52,529 nucleotides of DNA from Flavobacteriales bacterium (GCA_044229215.1 JBGATL010000001.1:1-52529); one strand, 5' to 3'. Positions 26,417-38,445 are shown, numbered from the stretch's first letter. Notes: generated from the sequence alone by a model not told the origin. A program made the numbers and translations.

Positions 26417-27418
26417 TCAGCCCCCAATGGCCACCATGCTCCGGTTGGCGCCATGCTGTGCGGGGTCGGCGAGCTGCTCGAAACTGTCCATGCCGTTACG
26501 TACGGCCTTCTTGTTGAGCACCGAGCCGATGATCAGCTCCTTGATGTCGGCACCGCTGCGCAGGGCCGAGAGTAGATCGGTCTCATGTCGGCCGAACAGG
26601 CAGTTCTTCAACTTGCCATCGGCCGTGAGGCGGATGCGGTTGCAGGTGTCGCAGAACGGGTTCGTGACCGAGCTGATGACGGCGAACGTGCCCTGCCCAT
26701 CCACGAGGCGGTAGTTGCGCGCGGTGTCGTTCGGGCGATCCGTCAGGCGCTCGTAGCCCGTGGCACCGAAGCGTTCCGTAGCACGCGCCAGGATCTCCTC
26801 GCCCGACACGCCCTTGCTCCAATCCCAGCGGTTGCCGTCGAAGGGCATGAACTCGATGAAGCGCACATGCACCGGTTCGTTGCGGCTCCAGGCCATGAGA
26901 TCGGTGACCTCATCGTCATTGACGCCGCGCATCACCACCATGTTCACCTTCACATGGAAACCCCGGTCCTGCAGCAGCCGGATGTTGGCCATGGTGCGGG
27001 CGAAGGGATCACGTCGCGAGATGGCCCGCATGCGCTCAGGGCGCAGCGAATCCAAGCTCACGTTGACCGACCGCAGTCCGGCCTCTTCGAACACATCGAT
27101 GTACTCATCCACCAGCACGCCGTTGGTGGTGATGGCCATTTCCACCGACAAGCGGCCCAGCTCGCGGATGATGTGGGCGGCATCCTTGCGAACCAAGGGC
27201 TCGCCGCCGGTGAGGCGGATCTTCTTCACACCCATGTCGGTGAAGATGCGGGCGATGGCCAGCACTTCATCGGTGCGCATGAACTGTTCACGGGGCCGCA
27301 GCATGATGCCTTCGGCGGGCATGCAATACACGCAACGCAGGTTACAGCGCTCGGTGAGCGATATCCGCAGGTAGTCGTGTCGGCGGCCGAAACGATCGAT
27401 GAGCTCCGTGTGCGTCAC
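26417..27418 (-). CDS. moaA: GTP 3',8-cyclase MoaA (molybdenum cofactor biosynthesis)
   Basis: 333 aa. Radical-SAM motif CNLRCVYC in FGRRHDYLRISLTERCNLRCVYCMP. The C-terminal cluster is CDTCNRIRLTADGKLKNCLF. Terminal Gly-Gly. The start codon is GTG at 27418-27416. Confidence 0.95.
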   Translation of the reverse strand: MTHTELIDRFGRRHDYLRISLTERCNLRCVYCMPAEGIMLRPREQFMRTDEVLAIARIFTDMGVKKIRLTGGEPLVRKDAAHIIRELGRLSVEMAITTNGVLVDEYIDVFEEAGLRSVNVSLDSLRPERMRAISRRDPFARTMANIRLLQDRGFHVKVNMVVMRGVNDDEVTDLMAWSRNEPVHVRFIEFMPFDGNRWDWSKGVSGEEILARATERFGATGYERLTDRPNDTARNYRLVDGQGTFAVISSVTNPFCDTCNRIRLTADGKLKNCLFGRHETDLLSALRSGADIKELIIGSVLNKKAVRNGMDSFEQLADPAQHGANRSMVAIGG

Positions 27419-27432
27419 GATGGCCGGGCAGG

Positions 27433-28137
27433 TCAGGGATGCATCATCGCATCCAGTTCCTCGTTGCTGATCAGCTTCTGTGCCAGTGGGAACACCACAT
27501 GATCCTCCCGGTAGATGTGCAGGCGGATCAGTTCCACGAGCTCGCGCGCATTATTGAACGCGGTATGGAAGACAAAGCCGCGCGATCGCTCATCGGGCAG
27601 GCGAGCCGCGAGGCCCAGCAGGTTGAAGGTGAGCGCACTGAGCTGGATGAACTTCACATGGTCGTCCTCCATCATGTCCACGGCCGTGGTGGGCGGCTTG
27701 CTCTCACTGTGCTCGCCGGATGCGATGAGGCGCTTATGCAACAGGGGGAACAGTTGCCGTTCCTCGCGCTGATTGTGGTCGAACAGATCCTCCTCGTAGA
27801 AGGTGAAGAACTCCCGCAGGCTATCGTTGATCGTGTCGTTCAACTTGAATCCGAGCTCACTGTATTCCACCATGGCTTTCTCGAAACGATCCAAGATCTC
27901 GCGGGCCTTCTCATGCTCGCGCATGTACTGCACCAACAATGGATGCCTCACCGGCGCATCGGCCGCTTCGGGCACGTTGGCCTCGTAGGCTCCGGGCGGC
28001 TCCATGGGCGAAAGTTCGGCCTGGCCGGTCTCTTTCTCCACGTTGCGCTTGATCGGGTCCTCCTCCTTGAGCTTCTTCTTGAAGGTGACCTCTTCTTGCC
28101 CTACTCGTTGACCCGTCTTTGTATCAATGATCTTCAT
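27433..28137 (-). CDS. Hemerythrin-domain protein
   Basis: 234 aa. After a charged ~65-aa N-terminal region comes a four-helix hemerythrin-like region with His/Glu/Asp ligand candidates (HPLLVQYMREHEKA, LFDHNQREERQLFPLL, MMEDDHVKF, IYREDHVVFPL). It lies between narI and moaA. Confidence 0.75.
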   Translation of the reverse strand: MKIIDTKTGQRVGQEEVTFKKKLKEEDPIKRNVEKETGQAELSPMEPPGAYEANVPEAADAPVRHPLLVQYMREHEKAREILDRFEKAMVEYSELGFKLNDTINDSLREFFTFYEEDLFDHNQREERQLFPLLHKRLIASGEHSESKPPTTAVDMMEDDHVKFIQLSALTFNLLGLAARLPDERSRGFVFHTAFNNARELVELIRLHIYREDHVVFPLAQKLISNEELDAMMHP

Positions 28138-28204
28138 GGCTTCAAGTTAACCTGATGACCTCAACATACCATGCGGCTTGTTGACCGATGGCCGTTGGTG
28201 TCCC

Positions 28205-29173
28205 TCAGTTGTTCCTCGACCGCACACCGGGGTAATAGCTCCTGGAGCTGCGGATCGCCCTGCGGCCCCAGTTCCAGATCACCAGTTGGTAGCCGCGCCA
28301 CAGGTAGTCGATCGGTGCCACCAGGAAGTGCATGAAGCGGGTGAAGGGGATGATGGCGATGATGGAGAACGCTGAGATGATATGTACCTGGAGGATCCAG
28401 GGCATGGCGCTCACTGCCGTGATGTCCGGATTGAATGCGAAGAGCGAACGCAGGTAGGGCGTCACGCTGGAAGCGAACCAAGAGGAGCCCCAGCGTGCAA
28501 AGAATGCCACGCCCAGCCCGCTGATGATCTGCGTGAGCAGCACGGCATACACCAGCATATCCATGCGGTTGCTCACGATCAACACACGCTTATTGCCCAA
28601 ACGGCGGCGGATGAGCAGAATTAGCCCCAGCAGGGCACCAAGGCCGAATGCGAAGGAGCTGTACTCCAGGATGAGCAGTCGCATGGGTTGACCATTCCAA
28701 GCCATCACCGTGCGTGGGAAAAGGAAGGCGATCAGGTGGCCGAAGAAGAGCACCAGCAGACCCCAGTGGAAGGGCTGGCTGCCCCAGAAGAGCTTCTTGC
28801 GCTCCAGGAATTCAGAGGAGAGCGAACTCACCTGAAAGCCCCTGCTGATGTAGCGATGGATGGAGCCGATGAAGAAGATGGCCAGGGCCACGTACGGCAG
28901 CGCGATGAACATCATGGTGTTCAACATCCCCGACTGGGCCTCGATCCCCTGCTTGAGCAGGTAGACCACCGCCCCCGAAGCGGCCAGCATCATCAGGAGC
29001 ACCATGGTGAAATTGGTAGGCGACGGCCGCTGTACGCTGTGTACTTCGCGCATGAGCATCCTTGCCCTGGACACCATGCTGATGACGATAACGAGAAGGA
29101 TCAGCGTGATGACCACGAGCCCGGTGACCAAAGTGTCAGCGGAAAACAAGGTGTTGGCCTCAAGCAACTTCAT
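28205..29173 (-). CDS. narI: Respiratory nitrate reductase gamma subunit NarI with N-terminal two-helix extension
   Basis: ORF 28205..29224 trimmed to the ATG at 29173, which overlaps the narJ stop as ATGA. Both bis-His haem b ligand pairs keep E. coli-like spacing: HWGLLVLFFGH (10 apart) and HIISAFSIIAIIPFTRFMH (18 apart). About 84 extra N-terminal residues. Confidence 0.9.
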   Translation of the reverse strand: MKLLEANTLFSADTLVTGLVVITLILLVIVISMVSRARMLMREVHSVQRPSPTNFTMVLLMMLAASGAVVYLLKQGIEAQSGMLNTMMFIALPYVALAIFFIGSIHRYISRGFQVSSLSSEFLERKKLFWGSQPFHWGLLVLFFGHLIAFLFPRTVMAWNGQPMRLLILEYSSFAFGLGALLGLILLIRRRLGNKRVLIVSNRMDMLVYAVLLTQIISGLGVAFFARWGSSWFASSVTPYLRSLFAFNPDITAVSAMPWILQVHIISAFSIIAIIPFTRFMHFLVAPIDYLWRGYQLVIWNWGRRAIRSSRSYYPGVRSRNN

Positions 29174-29882
29174 GACGTGGTGGTTTTGATCAGGGGTGAA
29201 TGGGAAATGGTACAGGTGCCGCAATCGGATGCAGGTGCCGCTGCCCGCAACGGATCATGGCCGTTGGGCCGGTACGTTTCCAGTGCGACCTCCTCGAAGT
29301 CCTGCGCGAACATCTGGAACAGGGCCAGCAAGGCGTGGTGATACACGTTCATGTGCTGCTCCTCCGGCATGATCAGGGCATTGTGCTTGCGGCGCAGCAT
29401 GTTGGTGCGCAACCTGCTCTTCTCCGGGCTGAACTCGGCCAGCATCCGGCGCAGCGCGGGCATTAGCACGCGGCCGACCAGTTCCGCCCGGAACGCATCA
29501 TCCTTGAGCAGCGGCAGCAGCGTGAGCATGTTCACCAGGTTATCCGGCAGTTCCTCTCCGCAATCGTTGCCGACCAGGGACTGCTCCTGTTTCATGTTCA
29601 CCAGGAACTCGCCGCGCTTGTAGTCCTCGCCGAAGATGACGAAACCGATATCCAGGTAGCAGATGGCCTGCACATGGAACGTTCGGCTGAAGACCTCCTC
29701 CACGCGGTGCGCCGGCGTGGTGGCCACCCATTCAACAAAGGGCGAAAGGGTTCCAGCCGCCTCCGGATACCGCGCAGCCAGCACATCGTACAATGCGGTC
29801 ACACGGTCGTTGAGGTCCACACCGGGGTAACGGAAGAGCTCCGCTGCCAGGGCGTACTGTCCGTATGGCCTTGCGCTGCCCA

Positions 29883-29883
<1 letters not shown>
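29170..29883 (-). CDS. narJ: Nitrate reductase molybdenum cofactor assembly chaperone NarJ-like
   Basis: This is the last 237 codons of ORF 29170..30390, starting MGSARPYGQYALAAELFRYPG. The ATG at 29883 shares one base with the narH stop (TGATG). It is helical and TorD/NarJ-like, and sits between narH and narI. Confidence 0.8.
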
Positions 29884-31376
<1,493 letters not shown>

Positions 31377-31427
31377 GGCTTTGGCTGTTCGGTTTGAGGT
31401 CTGCTGGCCTGTTCCTTCTTGTTCGTA

Positions 31428-34400
31428 TCAGAATTCCACCTTCTCCATCTTCCGTACCAGCACGTGGGTATCGCGGTTGGCACCAACGGGCCCCCAGTAG
31501 TTGAAGTGGAAGCTGAACTGCCCATAACCGCCCACCATCAGGCTGGGCTTGAGGTGTACACGGGTGAAGCTGTTGTGGCCGCCGGCACGTCTGCCGCCGC
31601 GCACCTGGCTCTTGGGCACCGTGTACGTGCGCTCGGGCGAGTGGTACACGATGCACACGCCACGCGGGATCCGTGAGCTGACGCAGGCCCGGGTGCAGTA
31701 CACGCCGTGGTCGTTGTACACCTCCACCCAATCGTTGTCCTTGATGCCCAGGTCAGCGGCGTCCTTCTCGCTCATCCAGCAGGGTTCCATGCCCCGGCTC
31801 AGGGTGAGCATGCGCAGGGTGTCGCCGTAGGTGCTGTGGATGTGCCACTTGCCGTGGGGCGTGAGGCAGTTGAGCATGCGGGCCTTGCCGTCGTTCACCG
31901 TCTTGCGGATGTCGCCGTACACCTGCGGCAGCGGCGAGGGTTTGTAGGTGGGCAGGTGCTCGCCGAACATGATGTAGCCGTCGTGGTCCATGTAGATGTG
32001 CTGGCGGCCGGTGAGCGTGCGCCACGGCACCAGGCGGTCCACTTGGAAGGTGTATGCGGCGTATGCACGACCGTCGTTCATCAGGCCGCTCCATACGGCA
32101 GAGGTGTTGTAGCGGTGCGGCCGCGTTTGCAGGTCCTTGTAGTCGATCCGTACGGCCTGCAGCCCTTCGGCCAGGTCGGTCAGTGCAAGCCCGGTCTTCT
32201 TCTCCAGCATCTGGTAGCCGCGCATGTTCAGCTTGCCGTTGGTGAGGGTGCTGAGCTTGAGCACGGCATCGCAGGCTTCCACGTCCTCGCGCAGCGAAGG
32301 GTACTCCTTGCCGTCCACCACCTGTACGTGGTTCTTCTTCTCCAGCATCTCCTGGTACACATCCGCGCAGTCGTACTTCACACCGTGCGCGCCCAGGCCC
32401 TGCTTGGCGACACCTTCGCCCAGGGTGATGAACTTGTTGTGGATCTGCGTGTAATCGCGGTCGATCACCACGATCTTGTGCATGGTCTTGCCGGGGATGG
32501 GCTCGCACTCGCCCTTGGTCCAGTCCAGGAGCCTGGGCTGGGTGATCTCGTCGGCGCTATCGTGCGAGAGTGCCACATTCACGATGTCGGTGACGGGCGC
32601 CGGGAAGTGCGTCTTCGCCATCTCGCTCACCTTCTTGGCGATGGACTGGAAGATCTGCCAGTCGGTCTTGGCTTCCCACACCGGCGGTACAGCCTCGCTC
32701 AACGGGTGGATGAACGAGTGCATGTCCGTGCTGTTCAGGTCGGCCTTCTCGTACCACGATGCGGTGGGCAGCACGATGTCCGAGTACAGCGCGGAGGTGT
32801 CCATCCGGAAGTTGATGTCCACCACCAAATCCATCTTGCCGCTGGGCGACTTCTCGCGGTACTTGATGTCGGTGACGTATTCGCCGGCCACCTCGTTGGC
32901 GATGTCGTTGTGGTGCGTGCCGAGGTAGTGGTTGAGCATGTACTCGTGGCCCTTGGCGGAGCTCATCAGGGCGTTGCCGCGCCAGATGAACCAGTTTCGC
33001 GGGAAGTTGATCGGGTCGTCCGGGTCGGCCACGGAATAGTCGAGCTCCTTGCTCTTGAGCTTGCGCACCACGTAGTCGCGGATGTCCGCCTCGGTCTGCG
33101 CCCCTTCCTTGCGGGCATCGCGGGCGATGTCCAGGTTGCTCTTGTTGTACTGCGGGAAGAAGGGCATCCAGCCGTTGCGCACGGACATCAATACCCAGTC
33201 GGCGGAATGTTTCCGCGCGAGCGGGTTGGCATCGTTCGGCACGCTGTTGTAATCCGCCTGGTTGTTGTCGTAGCGCCACTGGCTGCTGTTGATGTAGTGC
33301 CAGATGGGGGCCTGCTGCAGGCGTGGCACGGTGCCGTGGTCCTTGCCGCTCATGATGGTGCCCCAGCTGTCCACCGGTGCCAGCTTCTCCTGGCCCACGT
33401 AGTGGTTCATGCCACCGCCGTTGCGCCCGTTGCAGCCGGTGAGCATTTGCGCCATGATGGCGGAACGATACATCAGGTTGCCGTGGAACCAGTGGTTGAT
33501 GGCCGCGCCCACGATCACCATGCAGCGACCCTTGGTGGCCTCGGCGGTGCCGGCCCATTCGCGCGCGAACTTGATGGCGGTGTTGCGGCCGATGCCGGTG
33601 AAGATCTCCTGCCAGGCCGGGGTGTAACTGGCGTTCTTGTCGTTGTAGTCCGCAGGGTATTCACCGGCCAGGCCGCGGCCCACGCCGTACTGGCCCATGG
33701 TGATGTCGTAGATGGTGGCCACGGGCACACGTTCACCATCCACCGTGGTGATGTAGCGCACGGGCACGCCGCGCTTGGCCAGGTGCTGGTGGCCGTAGTC
33801 GAGGAATTCCACTTGCAGCACCTCATCATGTTTGTTCAGAAAGGTGAGCTCGGGGTCGTACGCCCGGTTGTCGGTGCCATTCTCGAACTTCAGGTTCCAG
33901 TTGCCCTGCTGCTCATCCCAGCGGTACCCCATGGTGCCCTTGGGCGTGATCAAGGCGCCAGTCGCGGCGTCCGCCATCAGGAACTTCCAATCGCCGTTGG
34001 TGACGTTCTTGTACTCGTTCACCTCTTTGGCACGCATCAGCCTGCCGGGCGCGAAGTGGTCGCCCTTCTTGTCCAGCCGCACCAGGAAGGGCGAATCGGT
34101 GTACCGCTTCACGTAGTCCATGAAGTAGGGCGTCTGCTTGTCGACGTGCCATTCCTTGAGGATCACATGGGTGACGGCCATCCAGAAGGCGCCGTCGGAA
34201 CCGGCGTGCGCGGGGATCCACTGGTCGGCGTGTTTGGCCACCATGCTGAAGTCCGGCGACATCACCACGGTCTTCGATCCGTTGTGGCGGGCTTCGCTGA
34301 AGAAGTGGATGTCGGGCGTGCGCGTCATGCCCAGGTTGGCACCCATGCTCACGATGAACTTCGAGTTGTACCAGTCGGCGCTTTCGCACACGTCGGTCTG

Positions 34401-35054
34401 CTCGCCCCACACTTCGGGGAAGGCGCAAGGCAGGTCGCAGTACCAATCATAGAAGCTCAGGTTGACGCCACCCATCAACTGCAGGTAGCGCGCGCCGGAG
34501 GCGTAGCTCAGCATGCTCATGGCCGGGATCGGCGAGAAACCGATGATGCGGTCCGGGCCGTATTTCTTCACGGTGTAGAGGTTGGCGGCGGAGATCAGTT
34601 CCAGCACCTCATCCCAATGCACGCGGCGGAAGCCGCCTTTGCCGCGCGCCCACTGGTAACGGCTGCGTTCCTCCGGGTTGTTCTGGATGTTCTCCCAGGC
34701 TTTCACCGGATCGCCACCGGCCTTCTGCTTGGCAGCCCGGAAAATGTCGAGCAACGCGCCGCGCATCAGCGGGTACTTCACCCGGATGGGGCTGTACAGA
34801 TACCAGGAATAGGATATACCACGCTGGCAGCCTCGGGGCTCATACGGCGGCAGGCCTTCCTCCAAGAGCGGATAGTCCAAGGCCTGCATCTCCCACACCA
34901 CGATGCCATCCTTCACGTGGATGTTCCACGAGCAGCCGCCCGTGCAGTTCACACCATGCGTGCTGCGCACCACGCGGTCGTACTGCCAGCGGTTGCGATA
35001 GAACTCCTCCCACTTCCGGGTCTTGGGTGAAATGATGTCCTCGATCCAGCTCAT
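31428..35054 (-). CDS. narG: Respiratory nitrate reductase alpha subunit NarG (no twin-arginine signal)
   Basis: 1208 aa. The FS0 motif [11 protein letters not shown] matches E. coli HGVNCTGSCSW. It is a Mo-bisPGD enzyme in length and character. The N-terminus [23 protein letters not shown] lacks an RR motif. Confidence 0.97.
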   Translation of the reverse strand: MSWIEDIISPKTRKWEEFYRNRWQYDRVVRSTHGVNCTGGCSWNIHVKDGIVVWEMQALDYPLLEEGLPPYEPRGCQRGISYSWYLYSPIRVKYPLMRGALLDIFRAAKQKAGGDPVKAWENIQNNPEERSRYQWARGKGGFRRVHWDEVLELISAANLYTVKKYGPDRIIGFSPIPAMSMLSYASGARYLQLMGGVNLSFYDWYCDLPCAFPEVWGEQTDVCESADWYNSKFIVSMGANLGMTRTPDIHFFSEARHNGSKTVVMSPDFSMVAKHADQWIPAHAGSDGAFWMAVTHVILKEWHVDKQTPYFMDYVKRYTDSPFLVRLDKKGDHFAPGRLMRAKEVNEYKNVTNGDWKFLMADAATGALITPKGTMGYRWDEQQGNWNLKFENGTDNRAYDPELTFLNKHDEVLQVEFLDYGHQHLAKRGVPVRYITTVDGERVPVATIYDITMGQYGVGRGLAGEYPADYNDKNASYTPAWQEIFTGIGRNTAIKFAREWAGTAEATKGRCMVIVGAAINHWFHGNLMYRSAIMAQMLTGCNGRNGGGMNHYVGQEKLAPVDSWGTIMSGKDHGTVPRLQQAPIWHYINSSQWRYDNNQADYNSVPNDANPLARKHSADWVLMSVRNGWMPFFPQYNKSNLDIARDARKEGAQTEADIRDYVVRKLKSKELDYSVADPDDPINFPRNWFIWRGNALMSSAKGHEYMLNHYLGTHHNDIANEVAGEYVTDIKYREKSPSGKMDLVVDINFRMDTSALYSDIVLPTASWYEKADLNSTDMHSFIHPLSEAVPPVWEAKTDWQIFQSIAKKVSEMAKTHFPAPVTDIVNVALSHDSADEITQPRLLDWTKGECEPIPGKTMHKIVVIDRDYTQIHNKFITLGEGVAKQGLGAHGVKYDCADVYQEMLEKKNHVQVVDGKEYPSLREDVEACDAVLKLSTLTNGKLNMRGYQMLEKKTGLALTDLAEGLQAVRIDYKDLQTRPHRYNTSAVWSGLMNDGRAYAAYTFQVDRLVPWRTLTGRQHIYMDHDGYIMFGEHLPTYKPSPLPQVYGDIRKTVNDGKARMLNCLTPHGKWHIHSTYGDTLRMLTLSRGMEPCWMSEKDAADLGIKDNDWVEVYNDHGVYCTRACVSSRIPRGVCIVYHSPERTYTVPKSQVRGGRRAGGHNSFTRVHLKPSLMVGGYGQFSFHFNYWGPVGANRDTHVLVRKMEKVEF

Positions 35055-35088
35055 GGCTCTGCTTGTTTGTTGTTCCCTCCGTTCGTGG

Positions 35089-35934
35089 TCAAATGGTGCG
35101 CAATTGCCGTGCGTCGATGTCGTGCCTTACCGACCGTTTCAGGCGCCGGGCCCAGGTGAGCGCCACCCCGAGCAGGATGGCCACCAGACCACCGAGGCCC
35201 CAGAACAGCATGGTGTTCTTGCCGTCGGCCTCCGCGGTGGCAGCCGTGTTCTTGTCCGCATGCACCAGGAAAGCGGTGAGGGCATGCACCTCCGTTTCGG
35301 TGAGCGCGGTGCGGCCGTTGTAGGCCGCCGCCATGGCCGGGAAGGGAGGGGCGCCCAGGATGCCCACGATGCCTTGATCACCCATGCGGCCGGCCACATG
35401 GGTGAGGTCCTTGGCCAGGAGGCCGCCGGGTACCAAGCCCTGGTCTGACACGTTGTGACAAGAGATGCAGGTCGGGCCACCGCCTGTGGTGCGGTGCTGA
35501 AAGAGGAAGCGGCCTTGCTCCACATCCGCTTCGGTGAAGACCAGAGCGGGTTCTTCGACTTGCTCCGTGGCAGTGGCCGTGGCTTCCGCAGCAGCGGGCT
35601 TGCTGAAGCTGGCCAGGTAACTCAGCAATGCCGTCAGTTCCGCATCAGAGAAAGGGAACTCCAGCATCGGGGTCTTGTTGAACTCCTCGAAGATGGCCAC
35701 CGCATCCGGGTCGCCGGATTTGATCAGTGCGGATGAACTGCGAATGAATTTGCGGAGCCATTCGTCGCTCCGCTTCTCCGTTACACCGGTGAGGTCCGGG
35801 CCAACGAGCTTCTTGCCCATCTTGTGGCACGCGGTGCAGTTCTTCTTGAAGATCTCCGCACCATCCTGGGCCGGGGCTCCCGTTGTGATCATGGCCGCTA
35901 CCACGGCCGAACACAATATTCTCCAACTGTTCAT
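35089..35934 (-). CDS. Membrane-anchored dihaem cytochrome c, NarC-like by position
   Basis: ORF 35089..36042 trimmed to the ATG at 35934 ([23 protein letters not shown], signal peptide). Two CxxCH motifs (CTACH, CISCH). C-terminal TM helix ([20 protein letters not shown]). It is the first gene of the nar operon, 34 nt upstream of narG. Confidence 0.85.
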   Translation of the reverse strand: MNSWRILCSAVVAAMITTGAPAQDGAEIFKKNCTACHKMGKKLVGPDLTGVTEKRSDEWLRKFIRSSSALIKSGDPDAVAIFEEFNKTPMLEFPFSDAELTALLSYLASFSKPAAAEATATATEQVEEPALVFTEADVEQGRFLFQHRTTGGGPTCISCHNVSDQGLVPGGLLAKDLTHVAGRMGDQGIVGILGAPPFPAMAAAYNGRTALTETEVHALTAFLVHADKNTAATAEADGKNTMLFWGLGGLVAILLGVALTWARRLKRSVRHDIDARQLRTI

Positions 35935-36049
35935 GCCTTCAGTGATTGATGGTTGTCCTCCGTTCGATCCGATCCTGGGAAGCATCTCCGACACGGGATC
36001 ACGCGCACGCCCACTCGGAAGCAATAGTATGATTCGGTCCACATCTATC

Positions 36050-36065
36050 TATGACATGCGTCATC
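36050..36065. promoter_or_regulatory. ATGA-N6-TCAT palindrome (CRP/FNR-family-like box) upstream of the nar operon
   Basis: tATGAcatgcgTCATc also reads as the perfect 5-N4-5 repeat ATGAC-atgc-GTCAT at 36051-36064. The centre is 36057.5. A minus-strand -7-like element TACTATTG (36029-36022) has its last G 35.5 nt from the centre. Confidence 0.55.
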
Positions 36066-36317
36066 TTTGGAATGATGTACCCAAAACAAGTGCAATGGTC
36101 TGCGATCGACGGGAAGGGTCGCGGCCAGAAGGGTGCCCGATCAACCATTCCCGGGTGTTCGGCCATGCCGTCCTCCCTGTGCCGTCCGGTCGGACCTGCG
36201 ACGGGGCACCGGTGTCCTGAGGGCAAGCCTCGAACATACCACTTACGGCTGTTGATGTCACAGCATGGCACACCGATCTAACTTTGAGCGGCAAGGGAGT
36301 TCTCAAACACCGGTGTC

Positions 36318-36719
36318 ATGTCCATCTTCCGGTACGATAGCCGACACAAGGTCATCACACTTGGGATCGTGGTGATCGCTGCCGCAGTGGGCTACTACCT
36401 GAACCAGCGCGGTCAACCCACCTTCGACAACGGACAGGTGAAGCGAACAGGCAGTGTGGAGAACGGACGCAACCAAGGCCGATGGACGTGGTACTTCCCC
36501 GACGGGCGCAAGAAGATGGAAGGTGATTTCAGCGGCGGGAAGCGCACCGGACGCTGGGTCACTTTCACGCCGAGCGGAGACACCCTCACCGTATCCATGT
36601 ATCGTGATGACCGGCTCAACGGCCCACACACGGAGTACGGTCCGGAAGGACGTCCGGTCCGGATGGTCGAATACATCGACGACGAGCCAAGAGGAACGTC
36701 GGAGGCGCCACCTCATTGA
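36318..36719 (+). CDS. MORN-repeat (YwqK-like) membrane-anchored protein
   Basis: 133 aa. N-terminal TM helix (VITLGIVVIAAAVGYYL), then MORN-variant repeats (GSVENGRNQGRWTWYFPDGRKKMEGDFSGGKRTGRWVTFTPSGD, RDDRLNGPHTEYGPEGRP). Confidence 0.65.
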   Translation: MSIFRYDSRHKVITLGIVVIAAAVGYYLNQRGQPTFDNGQVKRTGSVENGRNQGRWTWYFPDGRKKMEGDFSGGKRTGRWVTFTPSGDTLTVSMYRDDRLNGPHTEYGPEGRPVRMVEYIDDEPRGTSEAPPH

Positions 36720-36828
36720 CACGGCGATCAGGATCCTGATCAACGGACGGTCCTCCTTGGTACACGTCTGCTGGCACCTGTTCGCCTGAGCGTGGCCATA
36801 CGAACAGCATCCATTTGTTTTCCCCATG

Positions 36829-36844
36829 TATGATCCATGTCATA
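36829..36844. promoter_or_regulatory. ATGA-N6-TCAT palindrome (CRP/FNR-family-like box) upstream of the narK operon
   Basis: TATGAtccatgTCATA is a perfect 5-N6-5 inverted repeat centred at 36836.5. The -7-like element GTCCTTTG (36865-36872) has its last G 35.5 nt from the centre, identical to the spacing at the nar box. Confidence 0.55.
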
Positions 36845-36944
36845 GTATACCCGTGATTTCCCCCGTCCTTTGGCATGCATTAGGCACACATCCCACGAGT
36901 GTGATCGAGCAGTTCGGAAGGGAGGGTGCCGAGATCCGATCCCA

Positions 36945-38441
36945 ATGGAACAAGCCACCGGAACGTCGCACCGTATGTTGTTCCTGAACACGCTGGCGTT
37001 CACCACCTGCTTCGCGGCATGGATGCTCAACGGGGTGCTGGTCACCTACCTGGTGGACCATCAAGTGTTCAATTGGGGACCCGTGGAGGTGGGCTGGCTG
37101 CTGGGCATCCCGGTGCTCACCGGTTCGATCTTCCGCCTGCCCCTGGGCATGCTCACCGACCGCTACGGGGGGCGGCCGGTGTTCACCGCCCTGCTGCTCT
37201 TTTGCTCCATCCCCATGTACCTGCTCTCGGAGGTGAACAGCTTCGCGGGCTTCGCCGCGATGAGCTTCGGCTTCGGGATCATCGGAACGGGCTTCGCAGT
37301 AGGCATCGCATTCACATCGGTCTGGTATCCCAAGCGCCAGCAAGGCGTCGCGCTGGGAGTGTTCGGCGCGGGCAACGCAGGAGCAGCGCTCACCACGCTT
37401 TTTGCACCCACGTTGCTGATGAAACTGACCGCCGGTGGAACGGACCTGGAGGGATGGCGCATGCTGCCCCGCATCTATGCCGCCTGCCTGGTAGCAATGG
37501 CCGTGATCTTCTTCCTCTTCACCACGAACCGGAGACCGGAGGGTGATGCGCGCACCATGGGTCGGATGCTCGCGCCCTTGCGCACGGTGCGCGTGTGGCG
37601 CTTCGGCCTGTACTACTTCCTGGTGTTCGGCTGCTTCGTGGCCTTTGCGCAATGGCTGGTACCTTATTATGTGAACGTGTACGCGGTCTCACTGGTCACC
37701 GCCGGGGTGTTCGCTTCCATGTTCAGCTTCCCCTCCGGGGTGATCCGCGCCCTGGGCGGCTGGCTGAGCGACCGCTGGGGCGCGCGTAAAGTGATGTACT
37801 GGGTGCTTGGCTCCTCCGTGGCGATCTGCTTGCTGCTGGTGGTGCCGCGCATGGAGGTGACCACGCCCGGCAAGGGCGTGATGAGTACGTTGAACGGCAG
37901 GGTGACCCATGTCTCCGACACGCTGGTGCAGGTGAACGGAACAGCCTTCGCGGTGCGGCAGGAACCACCCTCGGAGATGCAGGGCATGCATGAACGCCGC
38001 ATCTGGCCGACGAAGCGCACCTGGCAGAACCCGGTGGTGCAGGTGGGCGATGAGGTTCGCCGCAAACAGTTGCTCGCACAAGGTGTAACGCGCATCCATT
38101 TCTCCGCCCACATGATGGTCTTCACCGTGCTGGTGATCCTGGTGGGCATCGTCTGGGGCATCGGCAAGGCCGCCGTGTACAAGCACATCCCCGAGTACTT
38201 CCCCGACCAGGTGGGCGTGGTGGGCGGCATGGTGGGCGTGCTTGGCGGGCTGGGCGGTTTCCTCGGCCCCATCCTTTTCGGATATCTGCTGGAGGCGACT
38301 GGGCTCTGGACCAGCTCCTGGCTCTTCCTGCTGCTCGTCTCACTGGCGTGCCTGCTCTGGATGAACCACGTGGTGAACCTGATCCAGCGTCGCGCCGCCC
38401 CCGAAGTGAACAAAACAATGGAGGTCCTCAGGATCGTCTGA
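36945..38441 (+). CDS. MFS nitrate/nitrite transporter, NarK/NasA family, with an ~88-aa hydrophilic insertion
   Basis: ORF 36870..38441 trimmed to the ATG at 36945 (MEQATGTSHRMLFLNTLAFTTCFAAWMLNG). NarK-type signature GSIFRLPLGMLTDRYGGR. There is an insertion between helices at residues ~301-388. Confidence 0.88.
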   Translation: MEQATGTSHRMLFLNTLAFTTCFAAWMLNGVLVTYLVDHQVFNWGPVEVGWLLGIPVLTGSIFRLPLGMLTDRYGGRPVFTALLLFCSIPMYLLSEVNSFAGFAAMSFGFGIIGTGFAVGIAFTSVWYPKRQQGVALGVFGAGNAGAALTTLFAPTLLMKLTAGGTDLEGWRMLPRIYAACLVAMAVIFFLFTTNRRPEGDARTMGRMLAPLRTVRVWRFGLYYFLVFGCFVAFAQWLVPYYVNVYAVSLVTAGVFASMFSFPSGVIRALGGWLSDRWGARKVMYWVLGSSVAICLLLVVPRMEVTTPGKGVMSTLNGRVTHVSDTLVQVNGTAFAVRQEPPSEMQGMHERRIWPTKRTWQNPVVQVGDEVRRKQLLAQGVTRIHFSAHMMVFTVLVILVGIVWGIGKAAVYKHIPEYFPDQVGVVGGMVGVLGGLGGFLGPILFGYLLEATGLWTSSWLFLLLVSLACLLWMNHVVNLIQRRAAPEVNKTMEVLRIV

Positions 38442-38445
38442 ACCC

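Noticed and set aside
31707-35030. 1107-aa plus-strand ORF covering almost all of narG
   Set aside because: It is antisense to an unmistakable NarG. Its translation is Val/Gly/His/Arg/Ala-rich low-complexity sequence with no motif. This is the classic shadow ORF of GC-rich coding DNA.
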